In this document: positions 1 through 8,935 of the stretch, piece after piece | Position numbering within the stretch: position 1 is the stretch's first letter | Layout of the letters: every line of letters starts with the position of its first letter | Assembly (NCBI GenBank): GCA_963675515.1 | Contig: OY776328.1 | Location: 1,050,001-1,082,000, forward strand | Direction: 5' to 3' | Origin: Coprobacillaceae bacterium | GTDB taxonomy: Bacteria > Bacillota_I > Bacilli_A > Erysipelotrichales > Coprobacillaceae | Length of the DNA: 32,000 nucleotides | Program-made: the position numbers and the translations under genes | The notes under the pieces: generated by a model | Seen by the model: the letters and a program-made list of their open reading frames with translations, nothing else | Databases searched by the model: none | What the model was told of the DNA's origin: nothing

Positions 1-309
1 CAGTCAAACTATAATTTGGCTGGGGCGAGAAAAGAAAAAATCAGGTGCACTCAGGTTATTGAAGATTTTTATGAACTTGGAGTAATGACTGTTAATTCGC
101 CAGGTGGCAATAAGATAAGGGTTTATAACAAAGAACGAACGCTGTGTGATATTTTGCGACCCAGAAGTCAAATGGACATTCAGATAGTAACGGATGCCTT
201 TAAACGTTACGCCAAACAAAATGACAAGAATATTCCGCTTTTATTACAATACGCCAAGCTGTTTAAAGTGGAAGAAAAAATCAGATCATACCTGGAGGTG
301 CTCCTATGA
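1..309 (+). CDS. abiEi: AbiEi-family type IV toxin-antitoxin antitoxin, C-terminal part (5' end lies outside the window)
   Basis: Frame 1 is open from base 1 to TGA at 307-309. The C-terminal sequence GNKIRVYNKERTLCDILR...DIQIVTDAFKRY...IRSYLEVLL matches remembered AbiEi antitoxin C-termini. Its stop overlaps the ATG of the downstream AbiEii frame (ATGA at 306-309), the coupling typical of AbiE pairs. Confidence 0.8.
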   Translation, partial: QSNYNLAGARKEKIRCTQVIEDFYELGVMTVNSPGGNKIRVYNKERTLCDILRPRSQMDIQIVTDAFKRYAKQNDKNIPLLLQYAKLFKVEEKIRSYLEVLL

Positions 310-1142
310 AAAACGCTATGCAATTAAAAGCGAAAATAAAGAATATTGCCAAAGAGTAAAATATTTCAGCACAGTTGGTGATGCAAAATTACATGCTTGA
401 ACGTTTGCTTGAAAGAATCTCGGTTTCAAATTACAATGAAAATTTCATTCTAAAAGGTGGGTTCTTGATTGCGGCAATGGTAGGACTTGACAGTAGGGCG
501 ACCATGGACATGGATGCAACGCTTAAAGGTATGGCAGTAGATGAACAATCCATAATGGATATGTTCGAAGCTCTATGTAATATTGATCTAAACGATAATG
601 TTCAGTCTTCTTTTTGTTACATCAATGAAATAAGAGAGACTGATGAATATACTGGATACAGGGTGGCACTTTTAGCTAACTATCCACCCATGTCTGTTCC
701 ACTTAAATTAGATATCACAACAGGTGACAAGATAACACCAAGAGAAATCAAATTCAAGTATCACTTATTGATTGAGGACAGAGAGATTGCAATTTTTGCG
801 TATAATTTAGAGACAGTACTCGCTGAAAAAATAGAAACTGTTATTTCCAGAGGGGACCTCTCCACCCGTCCAAGGGATTATTACGACATATTTGTATTGT
901 TTAAATTGCAATCCGCAAATATCAAATACGAGCAATTAAAAGATGCATTGAAAGCCACTGCTTTGAAGCGTGGTTCCATGGGGGTAATTGGGCAATACGA
1001 AAAGATTATGGAAATTGTGGAAAATAGCGCCGTTATGCAAAAGCGATGGAAGACATATCAGAAAGATTTTGACTATGCCGCTAACATTGAATTTCGCGAT
1101 TGCGCCATGGCGGTACTCGAACTAATGGAGTACATCAAGTAA
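306..1142 (+). pseudogene. abiEii: AbiEii/AbiGii-family nucleotidyltransferase toxin with an in-frame TAA at codon 18 (357-359); the remaining ORF 375-1142 is intact
   Basis: ATG 306 reads MKNAMQLKAKIKNIAKE-stop-NISAQLVMQNYMLERLLERISVS in one frame (306 and 375 are in the same phase). This is the canonical AbiEii N-terminus, interrupted where homologs have Lys as far as I recall. The NTase motifs are retained downstream: ILKGGF, TMDMDAT (DxD) and RPRDYYDI. Confidence 0.75.
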
Positions 1143-1255
1143 AATTGGCCTTAACCGCCCGTCGCATGGAATAAACATATTCCCTGTTGCGATATAATCT
1201 GAATTAACTGGAGTTTGAAATTATCGAAAGTCAATCAAAAAAAACAGTCGATTTG

Positions 1256-2125
1256 TCAGCTGACCGTAATCAGTTCGATGAATTTCAGGGCCGCCATCGG
1301 CAGAGTTCTTCTTTTGAGGTAGCCATAGCCGATATAGCGGCTCGGGATTGCTTGCTTGAAGGGAATCTCGTAGAGGCTGTCATTCAGGTATGCTTTCGAG
1401 AATTCCCTTATGACACATGATATTCCAAGATCAGCCTTGGCGAATTCGAGCAGGACCTCATGGGCGCCCAGCTCCATGGTCGGTTTGACCAGGATCGATT
1501 TCGATGCCAGGAAGTTGTCGACATACACACGGGAATTCGATATCGGTTCGAGCATAAGCACCTTGTTTCCAAGCAGATAGTCATAGTCGACGGGCCCTTT
1601 TATCTTATGGGTAGTTACAAAGATGTCATGGATTTTCAGACAGTTGACAATGGTGAGCGATTCCTCTTCGATGGGCAGGTTCAAGAAGCCCAGGTCGATC
1701 TGGCCGCTTTTAAGCAATTCGATCAGTTCGGTTGTGGTCCGGTTGACGACATTGACCTTGATGTTCGGGTATAGTTCCTTGAATCTGACGATATAGTCCT
1801 TGACGAAGTGGATGCAGATTGTATCGCCGGCACCGATGGTAAGGACACCTTCCTTGAGATCCTTGAAGTTGGTGATCTGGGTTTCGACATCGGTTATTAT
1901 GGTCAGCGCCTGGGCAATCTGGTCGTAGAGGATCTGACCCTCGTTGGTGAGCACCACTCCGCGGGATAGCCGGATGAAAAGCTGGGTGTCAAGTTCCCTT
2001 TCCAAGGCGGTTATTGTCTGGGATACGGCCGATTGGGAAATATAGAGATTCTTGGCCGCAGTCGAGAAGGATAAAGTGGCGGCGCACTCGTTGAATATCC
2101 GGTATTGTTCCAGTTTGATTGCCAT
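1256..2125 (-). CDS. LysR-family transcriptional regulator
   Basis: The N-terminal HTH (LEQYRIFNECAATLSFSTAAKNLYISQSAVSQTITALERELDTQLFIR) and the 289-aa length are typical of LysR-type regulators. An AAGGAGAG RBS precedes the ATG. The gene is divergent from purA. Confidence 0.9.
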   Translation of the reverse strand: MAIKLEQYRIFNECAATLSFSTAAKNLYISQSAVSQTITALERELDTQLFIRLSRGVVLTNEGQILYDQIAQALTIITDVETQITNFKDLKEGVLTIGAGDTICIHFVKDYIVRFKELYPNIKVNVVNRTTTELIELLKSGQIDLGFLNLPIEEESLTIVNCLKIHDIFVTTHKIKGPVDYDYLLGNKVLMLEPISNSRVYVDNFLASKSILVKPTMELGAHEVLLEFAKADLGISCVIREFSKAYLNDSLYEIPFKQAIPSRYIGYGYLKRRTLPMAALKFIELITVS

Positions 2126-2202
2126 AAGCTCTCCTTATATCTATTCATCAAAATAATAATTTTACTTATATTTAATTGTAATATATAATATAAAGGTATT
2201 AA

Positions 2203-3513
<1,311 letters not shown>

Positions 3514-3522
3514 GGAGAAACT

Positions 3523-5067
3523 ATGGAAAATGAAATTATAGTAGTTCTCGATTTCGGTAGTCAGTACAACCAGCTGATTGCCCGAAGAATCCGGGAATTT
3601 GGGGTTTATTCGGAACTCCACCATCACGATATCACAATTGACAAATTGAAATCATTGGGAACCTTGAAAGGGATTGTCCTTTCAGGTGGACCTAACAGCG
3701 TCTATGACAAGGATGCATTGCACTGCGACCCTGAAATCTTCAACCTGGGTGTGCCGGTGCTTGGGATCTGTTATGGGATGCAATACACCCACTATAATCT
3801 GGGTGGCGATGTAAAAGCCTGCGAACATAAGGAATACGGTGCGGCCGACATCACTGTCGAAGTTGCCAGCCCATTGCTTAAAGGGTTGCCTGAAACTCAG
3901 ACAGTCTGGATGTCGCATGGTGACCAGGTAAGCAAACTGGCTCCTGGATTCGAAAAAGTGGCTTATTCTAAGACATGTGAATTCGCTGTGGCTCAAAATC
4001 TTGAAAGACAGATTTTCACGGTCCAATTCCATCCGGAAGTGCGTCACTCGGTATATGGAAATGATATCCTTAAAAACTTCGTTTTCGAAATCTGCCAATG
4101 TAAAGGGAACTGGTCGATGCATAATTTCATCGAACAGAAAATCTCGGAAATCAAAGCCAAAGTCGGAGATGACAATGTCCTGCTTGCCCTTTCAGGTGGG
4201 GTTGACTCTTCAGTAGTTGCGGCCCTGTTGCACGAAGCAATCGGAGACCAGTTGTACTGCATGTTCATCGACCATGGACTTTTAAGAAAAGGTGAAGCTG
4301 AATCGGTAATGGAAATGTTCAGTGAAAACATGAGCATCAACGTTACCAAAATCGATGCCAAGGAACGTTTCATGGCCAAGTTAAAAGGCGTCAGCGATCC
4401 TGAAAAGAAACGCAAAATCATCGGAAACGAATTCGTCTACACATTCGACGAGGAAGTTAAGAAACTGACTCAAGGGCACAATATCAAATGGCTCGCTCAA
4501 GGGACACTTTATACCGATGTCATCGAATCGGGAACCAAAACTGCCCAAACGATCAAATCGCATCACAATGTCGGAGGACTTCCTGAAGACATGCAGTTCG
4601 AATTGATCGAACCATTGAACACCCTGTTCAAGGATGAAGTCCGTGCTTTGGGAATCGAACTTGGATTGCCTGAATCGATGGTATGGCGTCAGCCTTTCCC
4701 AGGACCAGGACTTGGTATCAGGGTATTGGGTGAAATCACTGAAGAAAAGCTGAAGATCGTCCGCGATTCAGATCTGATCCTGCGTGAGGAAATCGCCGCT
4801 GCCGGACTGGAACGCGACATCTGGCAATACTTCACTTGCTTGCCTGACATCCGTTCAGTCGGAGTAATGGGTGATCAAAGAACATACGATTACACTATCG
4901 CCATCCGTGCGGTAACTTCAATCGATGGGATGACCAGCGACTGGGCTAAAATCCCGTTTGAAGTACTCAACAAAATTTCAGTAAGAATCGTCAATGAAGT
5001 GGCGCATATCAACCGCGTAGTCTATGACATCACTTCTAAACCACCTGCAACAATCGAGTGGGAATAA
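3523..5067 (+). CDS. guaA: GMP synthase (glutamine-hydrolysing)
   Basis: It has an N-terminal class I GATase domain ([14 protein letters not shown]), an ATP-PPase motif (SGGVDSSV) and the C-terminal PPATIEWE. An AAGGAG RBS is present. The gene starts 10 nt after the purA stop. Confidence 0.97.
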   Translation: MENEIIVVLDFGSQYNQLIARRIREFGVYSELHHHDITIDKLKSLGTLKGIVLSGGPNSVYDKDALHCDPEIFNLGVPVLGICYGMQYTHYNLGGDVKACEHKEYGAADITVEVASPLLKGLPETQTVWMSHGDQVSKLAPGFEKVAYSKTCEFAVAQNLERQIFTVQFHPEVRHSVYGNDILKNFVFEICQCKGNWSMHNFIEQKISEIKAKVGDDNVLLALSGGVDSSVVAALLHEAIGDQLYCMFIDHGLLRKGEAESVMEMFSENMSINVTKIDAKERFMAKLKGVSDPEKKRKIIGNEFVYTFDEEVKKLTQGHNIKWLAQGTLYTDVIESGTKTAQTIKSHHNVGGLPEDMQFELIEPLNTLFKDEVRALGIELGLPESMVWRQPFPGPGLGIRVLGEITEEKLKIVRDSDLILREEIAAAGLERDIWQYFTCLPDIRSVGVMGDQRTYDYTIAIRAVTSIDGMTSDWAKIPFEVLNKISVRIVNEVAHINRVVYDITSKPPATIEWE

Positions 5068-5075
5068 TATATTCT

Positions 5076-5107
5076 AAAGTCTCTGCACATGTGCAAAGAC
5101 TTTTTTG
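5076..5107 (+). terminator. intrinsic terminator after guaA
   Basis: AAAGTCTcTGCACATGTGCAaAGACTTT stem-loop followed by a T-run (5101-5106). Confidence 0.8.
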
Positions 5108-5241
5108 TTGGGTAATCAAGCTGAAGTGGAAGTCTATGTTCTTTTCATCACATAATCGTATCATCCAAATATTGCCATATCAATTTCAAAATCGTGAATA
5201 AGGGTATATAATTGTGGTATATGAAAGGAGATGTTCAAGTC

Positions 5242-5544
5242 ATGAGCGCAACATCCAATTACCAGGACCAAGCAAACGAGTTGCTGGTACTTCTACGGGA
5301 AAAATATAATTTTTCAGAAGGTGACACTTTTCTAGGCATCAAGACGGCTGAGGATTTCAGTGAGGATCCATATGCGGAATTGGTGAATATTCTCGCTCAC
5401 AAGGAAACCGCAAAAAGCGACCAAGTAAATCATTTCATTGAAGATTTTCATCGACTTTCCGGAAAATCGCTGGCAGAGATTGATGAAGAAGAACCGGCCG
5501 CCTATGAGGCAATGTTAAATGCTTTCAAGAAACTGATTGAATGA
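5242..5544 (+). CDS. small acidic hypothetical protein (about 100 aa)
   Basis: An AAAGGAG RBS (5224-5230) sits upstream of ATG 5242, and a strong terminator follows the ORF. I do not recognise a family with confidence; it has a vague resemblance to DUF1128/UPF0435-type small proteins. Confidence 0.6.
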   Translation: MSATSNYQDQANELLVLLREKYNFSEGDTFLGIKTAEDFSEDPYAELVNILAHKETAKSDQVNHFIEDFHRLSGKSLAEIDEEEPAAYEAMLNAFKKLIE

Positions 5545-5612
5545 TACAGTTTGCCATCCCGATATGGCTTGGATTTGATAATCATTGTAAACTTTTGAGT
5601 GGGAATTGGTGA

Positions 5613-5654
5613 AACTCCAGAACATTGAACCTTGGTGTTCTGGAGTTTTTATTT
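5613..5654 (+). terminator. intrinsic terminator
   Basis: AACTCCAGAACA...TGTTCTGGAGTT stem followed by TTTTATTTT. Confidence 0.85.
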
Positions 5655-5767
5655 TAAAACTATTCATTGGCGTAGGGTGAATTGGCAACAATCCTCCGAA
5701 TAATCAAACTGTTGTTGATCCGTATATATAATGTTGAATAACGTATTTTTATATGGGGTTTAACAAT

Positions 5768-5937
5768 ATGATATGTCGAGATTGTGGAGCAAATGTTAAC
5801 AAAGATGAAATTCAAGGGAACGCCCTGAATGTGGTTTTTACAAACTCAAATCGTATTACCCTGTCTTGAAGAAGGGAATGTGGCCTTTCTTGTTTGCCTT
5901 CAAAGCACAGCTGCGGGTTCATGCTGTCAACTTATAG
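5768..5937 (+). pseudogene. possible remnant of a zinc-ribbon membrane protein gene (frameshifted)
   Basis: ATG 5768 reads MICRDCGANVNKDEIQG... and stops at 5867. The -1 frame from about 5815 reads ERPECGFYKLKSYYPVLKKGMWPFLFAFKAQL... and stops at TAG 5935-5937. The CxxC...(R)PECG pattern looks like a degraded double-Cys zinc ribbon. Confidence 0.3.
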
Positions 5938-5947
5938 TCCAGTATGA

Positions 5948-5972
5948 ACTTCTAGTCCACTGGACCAGAAGT
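5948..5972. repeat. 25-nt imperfect palindrome, copy 1 (ACTTCTAGTCCA-C-TGGACCAGAAGT)
   Basis: Read directly from the sequence. The arms pair 11/12 with a conserved A/C mismatch. It lies 21 nt outside the 3' end of the TetR gene. No T-tract is present on either side. Confidence 0.9.
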
Positions 5973-5993
5973 GATAGCAATCACATAAAATAA

Positions 5994-6563
5994 TTAGAAT
6001 ATAAATCCAGAATTTTCTACAATAAGAAACTGCTTGGTAAGAATTGAAATAAGTTCTTCGGCAGTTTCTTTTTTACCGCCTTTAAACCACGCTTGGAACA
6101 TTCCAACAAACACCCCAATTCGACTTGATAGAAAGTAATTATATTCAAGTGTTGGAAGCTCGATTTTAGAATTAATATAATCCATAACGATGTCCGCATG
6201 ATTGATAAAGGAATTGAATATAATGTCTATTCGCCCCTGTGCGATTAGGATTTCTAAAATATCTGTATGTTCCATCCAAAAGGAGAAGACGTAGGTAATC
6301 AAGCTGTTTTGATCTTCAAGCGATGGCTTGGATTCTACATAGCTTGATAAAACCTGACCAAATAACTGGTCGCATTTCCAGTATAAAATATCAATCACAA
6401 TATCAAAATTTCTATAGAAGGTGGCTCTGCTTACTGTGGATTCTTTTGTAATATCAACAATTCTTATTTTATCGAATTCTTTTTCTTCCATACATTTATT
6501 TAGACCCTCGTATAATAACTCCGCAGACTTTTCTGCGCGTAAATCCTCTTTTATATGATACAT
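5994..6563 (-). CDS. TetR/AcrR-family transcriptional regulator
   Basis: The N-terminal HTH (ITKESTVSRATFYRNF) and the 189-aa length fit the family. An AAAGGAGG RBS is present. The gene is divergent from the 6685 gene. Confidence 0.9.
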   Translation of the reverse strand: MYHIKEDLRAEKSAELLYEGLNKCMEEKEFDKIRIVDITKESTVSRATFYRNFDIVIDILYWKCDQLFGQVLSSYVESKPSLEDQNSLITYVFSFWMEHTDILEILIAQGRIDIIFNSFINHADIVMDYINSKIELPTLEYNYFLSSRIGVFVGMFQAWFKGGKKETAEELISILTKQFLIVENSGFIF

Positions 6564-6597
6564 AATGCCTCCTTTTGTCTTGTATTATGTGAGAATA

Positions 6598-6626
6598 TTG
6601 ACTTGTAAAAATAATTATGATACATT
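6598..6626 (+). promoter_or_regulatory. candidate sigma-A promoter for the 6685 gene with a flanking inverted repeat (possible TetR operator)
   Basis: TTGACT (6598-6603), a 17-nt spacer, then TACATT (6621-6626) preceded by TG. TGTATTAT (6581-6588) and ATGATACA (6617-6624) form a 7/8 inverted repeat whose right arm overlaps the -10. Confidence 0.4.
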
Positions 6627-6684
6627 TTTCGCATAACAAGAACACAAAACACAATAACATATTTTTTTATAGGAGGCAAGAACC

Positions 6685-7431
6685 ATGTCAAAAACAAAAG
6701 AAACCTACGTAAAGAATTTAGAAAGATTAAGAAAGCAGAGACTCATTGCAAGAGATGCTTTATTTGCAGCAGGAAAGCCAGAGTTTAAAAGAGAGAGCTC
6801 TGCAAAGTGGGCTGACTTTACCTGCGATGAGAAGGGGAGATTAATTGCAAGTGTACAGCATGATGATGTAGCAGACTGCACACCAGAAATGATTCAATGG
6901 TTTTTTGAGCATTTAGGATGTTGCACAACTTGGAATGGTGTTGATTTCTCAGGACCTGAGGTATCGATTTATCATTTATGGCATCATAGAGATCATGTTG
7001 CAGTTACTCCACTAACAGGGACAGGCAAGAAAGAAAATTTAGGATTTGTCCAAGGTGGCAAATCTAGAATTCATGAGTTAACCAATGAAATGAATGATGT
7101 TATTTATTATGAGATGGAAACGGTATGCTTAGATACATATGAATTTACGTTCAATGTTATGAAGAATGGAAAAGCAACTGGTCATGTAAAACATGTATAT
7201 GAATCTAATGGTAAAGGTGGAAGTACATTTTATGCTGAAACAAGAGTTGGCGTAGAGGAAGGCGGATTTATCAATAAAGTGTTAGTCCCAAGACTGTATT
7301 CTAAGCAAGCTGGAATGGAGTGGATTCACCATAATATTCAAGAGACAGGAAGAATGCAGGATATACTTCCAGTTCTCTATGCTAATCAGGATAAGGTATT
7401 TTTTGATAAGGATTTCATTATGTTTGATTAG
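6685..7431 (+). CDS. hypothetical protein, possibly DAPG/phloretin hydrolase (PhlG-like) family
   Basis: A strong AGGAGG RBS supports the CDS. The function call rests on motifs PEMIQWFFEHL and YHLWHHRDH, which resemble the W-W-F and WHP-DH region I remember from the PhlG/Phy C-C hydrolase family. That call is tentative. Confidence 0.5.
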   Translation: MSKTKETYVKNLERLRKQRLIARDALFAAGKPEFKRESSAKWADFTCDEKGRLIASVQHDDVADCTPEMIQWFFEHLGCCTTWNGVDFSGPEVSIYHLWHHRDHVAVTPLTGTGKKENLGFVQGGKSRIHELTNEMNDVIYYEMETVCLDTYEFTFNVMKNGKATGHVKHVYESNGKGGSTFYAETRVGVEEGGFINKVLVPRLYSKQAGMEWIHHNIQETGRMQDILPVLYANQDKVFFDKDFIMFD

Positions 7432-7463
7432 ATGAATTCAAATAGAAAATGAAGGTGATTCTT

Positions 7464-8124
7464 ATGGAGAAAATAATCAAGGGATGGCTTAGCTGCTGGC
7501 TATATGTTATTACACTGGTAGCAGGAATTATTATTGGAATAACAATTGTAAACTGGAATGATTGGAGCATGCTGACAAAATTATTTGCATTTGCAACAGC
7601 GCTGCTTCCTATTCATGTATTAGAAGAATGGCATTTTCCAGGTGGATTTCATGTAATGTACAATTATCTTGAAAAATCAGATGCATTAGACCGATATCCT
7701 ATGAATCAATTTACTGATATGATTACGAATTTTATTGGTGTAATATTTGGATGTGCGGTGTTAATAGTAGGTGTTACGCCTATTACGGCAATTATGCAGT
7801 GCCTGATGTGTTTTGGAGAAATTATAGCGCATACAAAATCAGGATATACAATGAAAAAGCTCTTAGTTAATGGAGGAAAAAAAAACCATATATAATCCTG
7901 GGCTTGCAACATCGCTATGTGGATATTTACCTATATTGATTGGATTATTATATAGCTTAGTGAAAGAGAATCAGACGACAGCAATGGATATTATCCTGGC
8001 TATTGTTTGTGGAGCGGTATTAATGGCTCTTGCACTCCCTGTTCCAGAAAAATTATTTAAGAGTAAGAAAACACCATATGAATATGGTTGGGGAAATGGA
8101 TATTTTTCCAAGTATCTATCATAG
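7464..8124 (+). pseudogene. HXXEE-domain membrane protein split by a frameshift in an A9 tract (7877-7885)
   Basis: The IHVLEEW (HXXEE) motif lies within a multi-TM protein. ORF 7449-7895 (frame 0) and ORF 7870-8124 (frame 1) overlap at GGAGG-AAAAAAAAA-CC. Removing one A gives a continuous ...NGGKKTIYNPGLATSL... product of about 219 aa. An AAGGTGA RBS precedes ATG 7464. Confidence 0.7.
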
Positions 8125-8133
8125 GGTAATATA

Positions 8134-8158
8134 ACTTCTAGTCCAGTGGACCAGAAGT
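8134..8158. repeat. 25-nt imperfect palindrome, copy 2 (ACTTCTAGTCCA-G-TGGACCAGAAGT)
   Basis: It is 24/25 identical to copy 1 in direct orientation; only the central base differs. With the flanking A and G the match extends to 27 nt (5947-5973 vs 8133-8159). It starts 9 nt after the HXXEE stop codon. Confidence 0.9.
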
Positions 8159-8343
8159 GGACTTAATTATCAGTGAAGTAACAATTGGGCCATAGGGTGC
8201 TAGACATCCAGTGGATGTCTGTTTAGCACGGACTGAAGCGGAGCGAAGAGGATACCCTAACGCGGACGACATAGGAGTACGGAATTATTTGCGTAAATTG
8301 CTATGCAACTTTAGGCGTATCCTAGTCATATCTTTGTATAGTA

Positions 8344-8820
8344 TTGATAACACGTGGAGTTGCAATTGAAATCAACTCCGTCAGTTCTATTCTTTACAAT
8401 TTTGCTTTCCCGAAAGAGCGAATCATATATGATAATATCAGACAGATTTTTGTGGTCTTGTACATATCGTTTTCAGGTGCATATTTCATTCCTTTGATTT
8501 TTGACCTGGTTTATGAGAAAATCGGTTATTATCCACTAATGTTGAACGATATCCTCAAGGTGAATGAGGGTCCAAAATCCTGTGCTTTCATAGATGAAGT
8601 TAAAACCGGAAAGTGGATCGGAATTTTCGAAAGAGTGATGATTATGATTTTTCTGTTTTCCAATCAGCTTTCCTCAATCGGTTTTGTGATTGCAGCGAAA
8701 TCACTTGCCCGATTCAAATTATTGGAAAATAAAATATTTGCTGAATACTATTTGTTAGGAACATTGTTCAGTGTTGTATATAGTTTTGTCTGGTATGGCA
8801 TATTTCAAAAAATATTGTAA
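8344..8820 (+). CDS. membrane protein resembling the C-terminal half of DUF3307 proteins; probably 5'-truncated
   Basis: KWIGIFERVMIMIFLF...IGFVIAAKSLARFKLLENKIFAEYYLLGTLFS resembles the remembered DUF3307 core. The ORF starts at a TTG with no RBS, is preceded by in-frame stops, and lacks the N-terminal HxxxDF-type motif I remember for this family. Confidence 0.45.
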   Translation: MITRGVAIEINSVSSILYNFAFPKERIIYDNIRQIFVVLYISFSGAYFIPLIFDLVYEKIGYYPLMLNDILKVNEGPKSCAFIDEVKTGKWIGIFERVMIMIFLFSNQLSSIGFVIAAKSLARFKLLENKIFAEYYLLGTLFSVVYSFVWYGIFQKIL

Positions 8821-8852
8821 ATGACTCAAATATAATTTGGCATTAACTTAAG

Positions 8853-8878
8853 CCGACTTATAATATGTCGGTATTTGT
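8853..8878 (+). terminator. hairpin terminator after the 8344-8820 ORF
   Basis: CCGAC-ttataatat-GTCGG followed by TATTTGT. The stem is short. Confidence 0.45.
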
Positions 8879-8935
8879 CAATATAGTTGACGCATTTTTT
8901 TGATTTCAATTATGCAAATTATTGAGTTGTGCTTG

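Noticed and set aside
5948-5972. Reading the two 25-nt palindromes as ordinary rho-independent terminators of the TetR and HXXEE genes
   Set aside because: Neither strand has a T-tract after the stem at either copy. The two copies are also nearly identical in sequence, including a conserved mismatch, which unrelated terminators would not be. A terminator-like side effect is not excluded.
8190-8330. Group II intron domain V/VI or a guanidine (ykkC-type) riboswitch in the hairpin-rich region
   Set aside because: Only short chance-level resemblances are present (GTACGG, ACGCGGACGA). The required complementary strand for domain V and the conserved ykkC blocks are absent.
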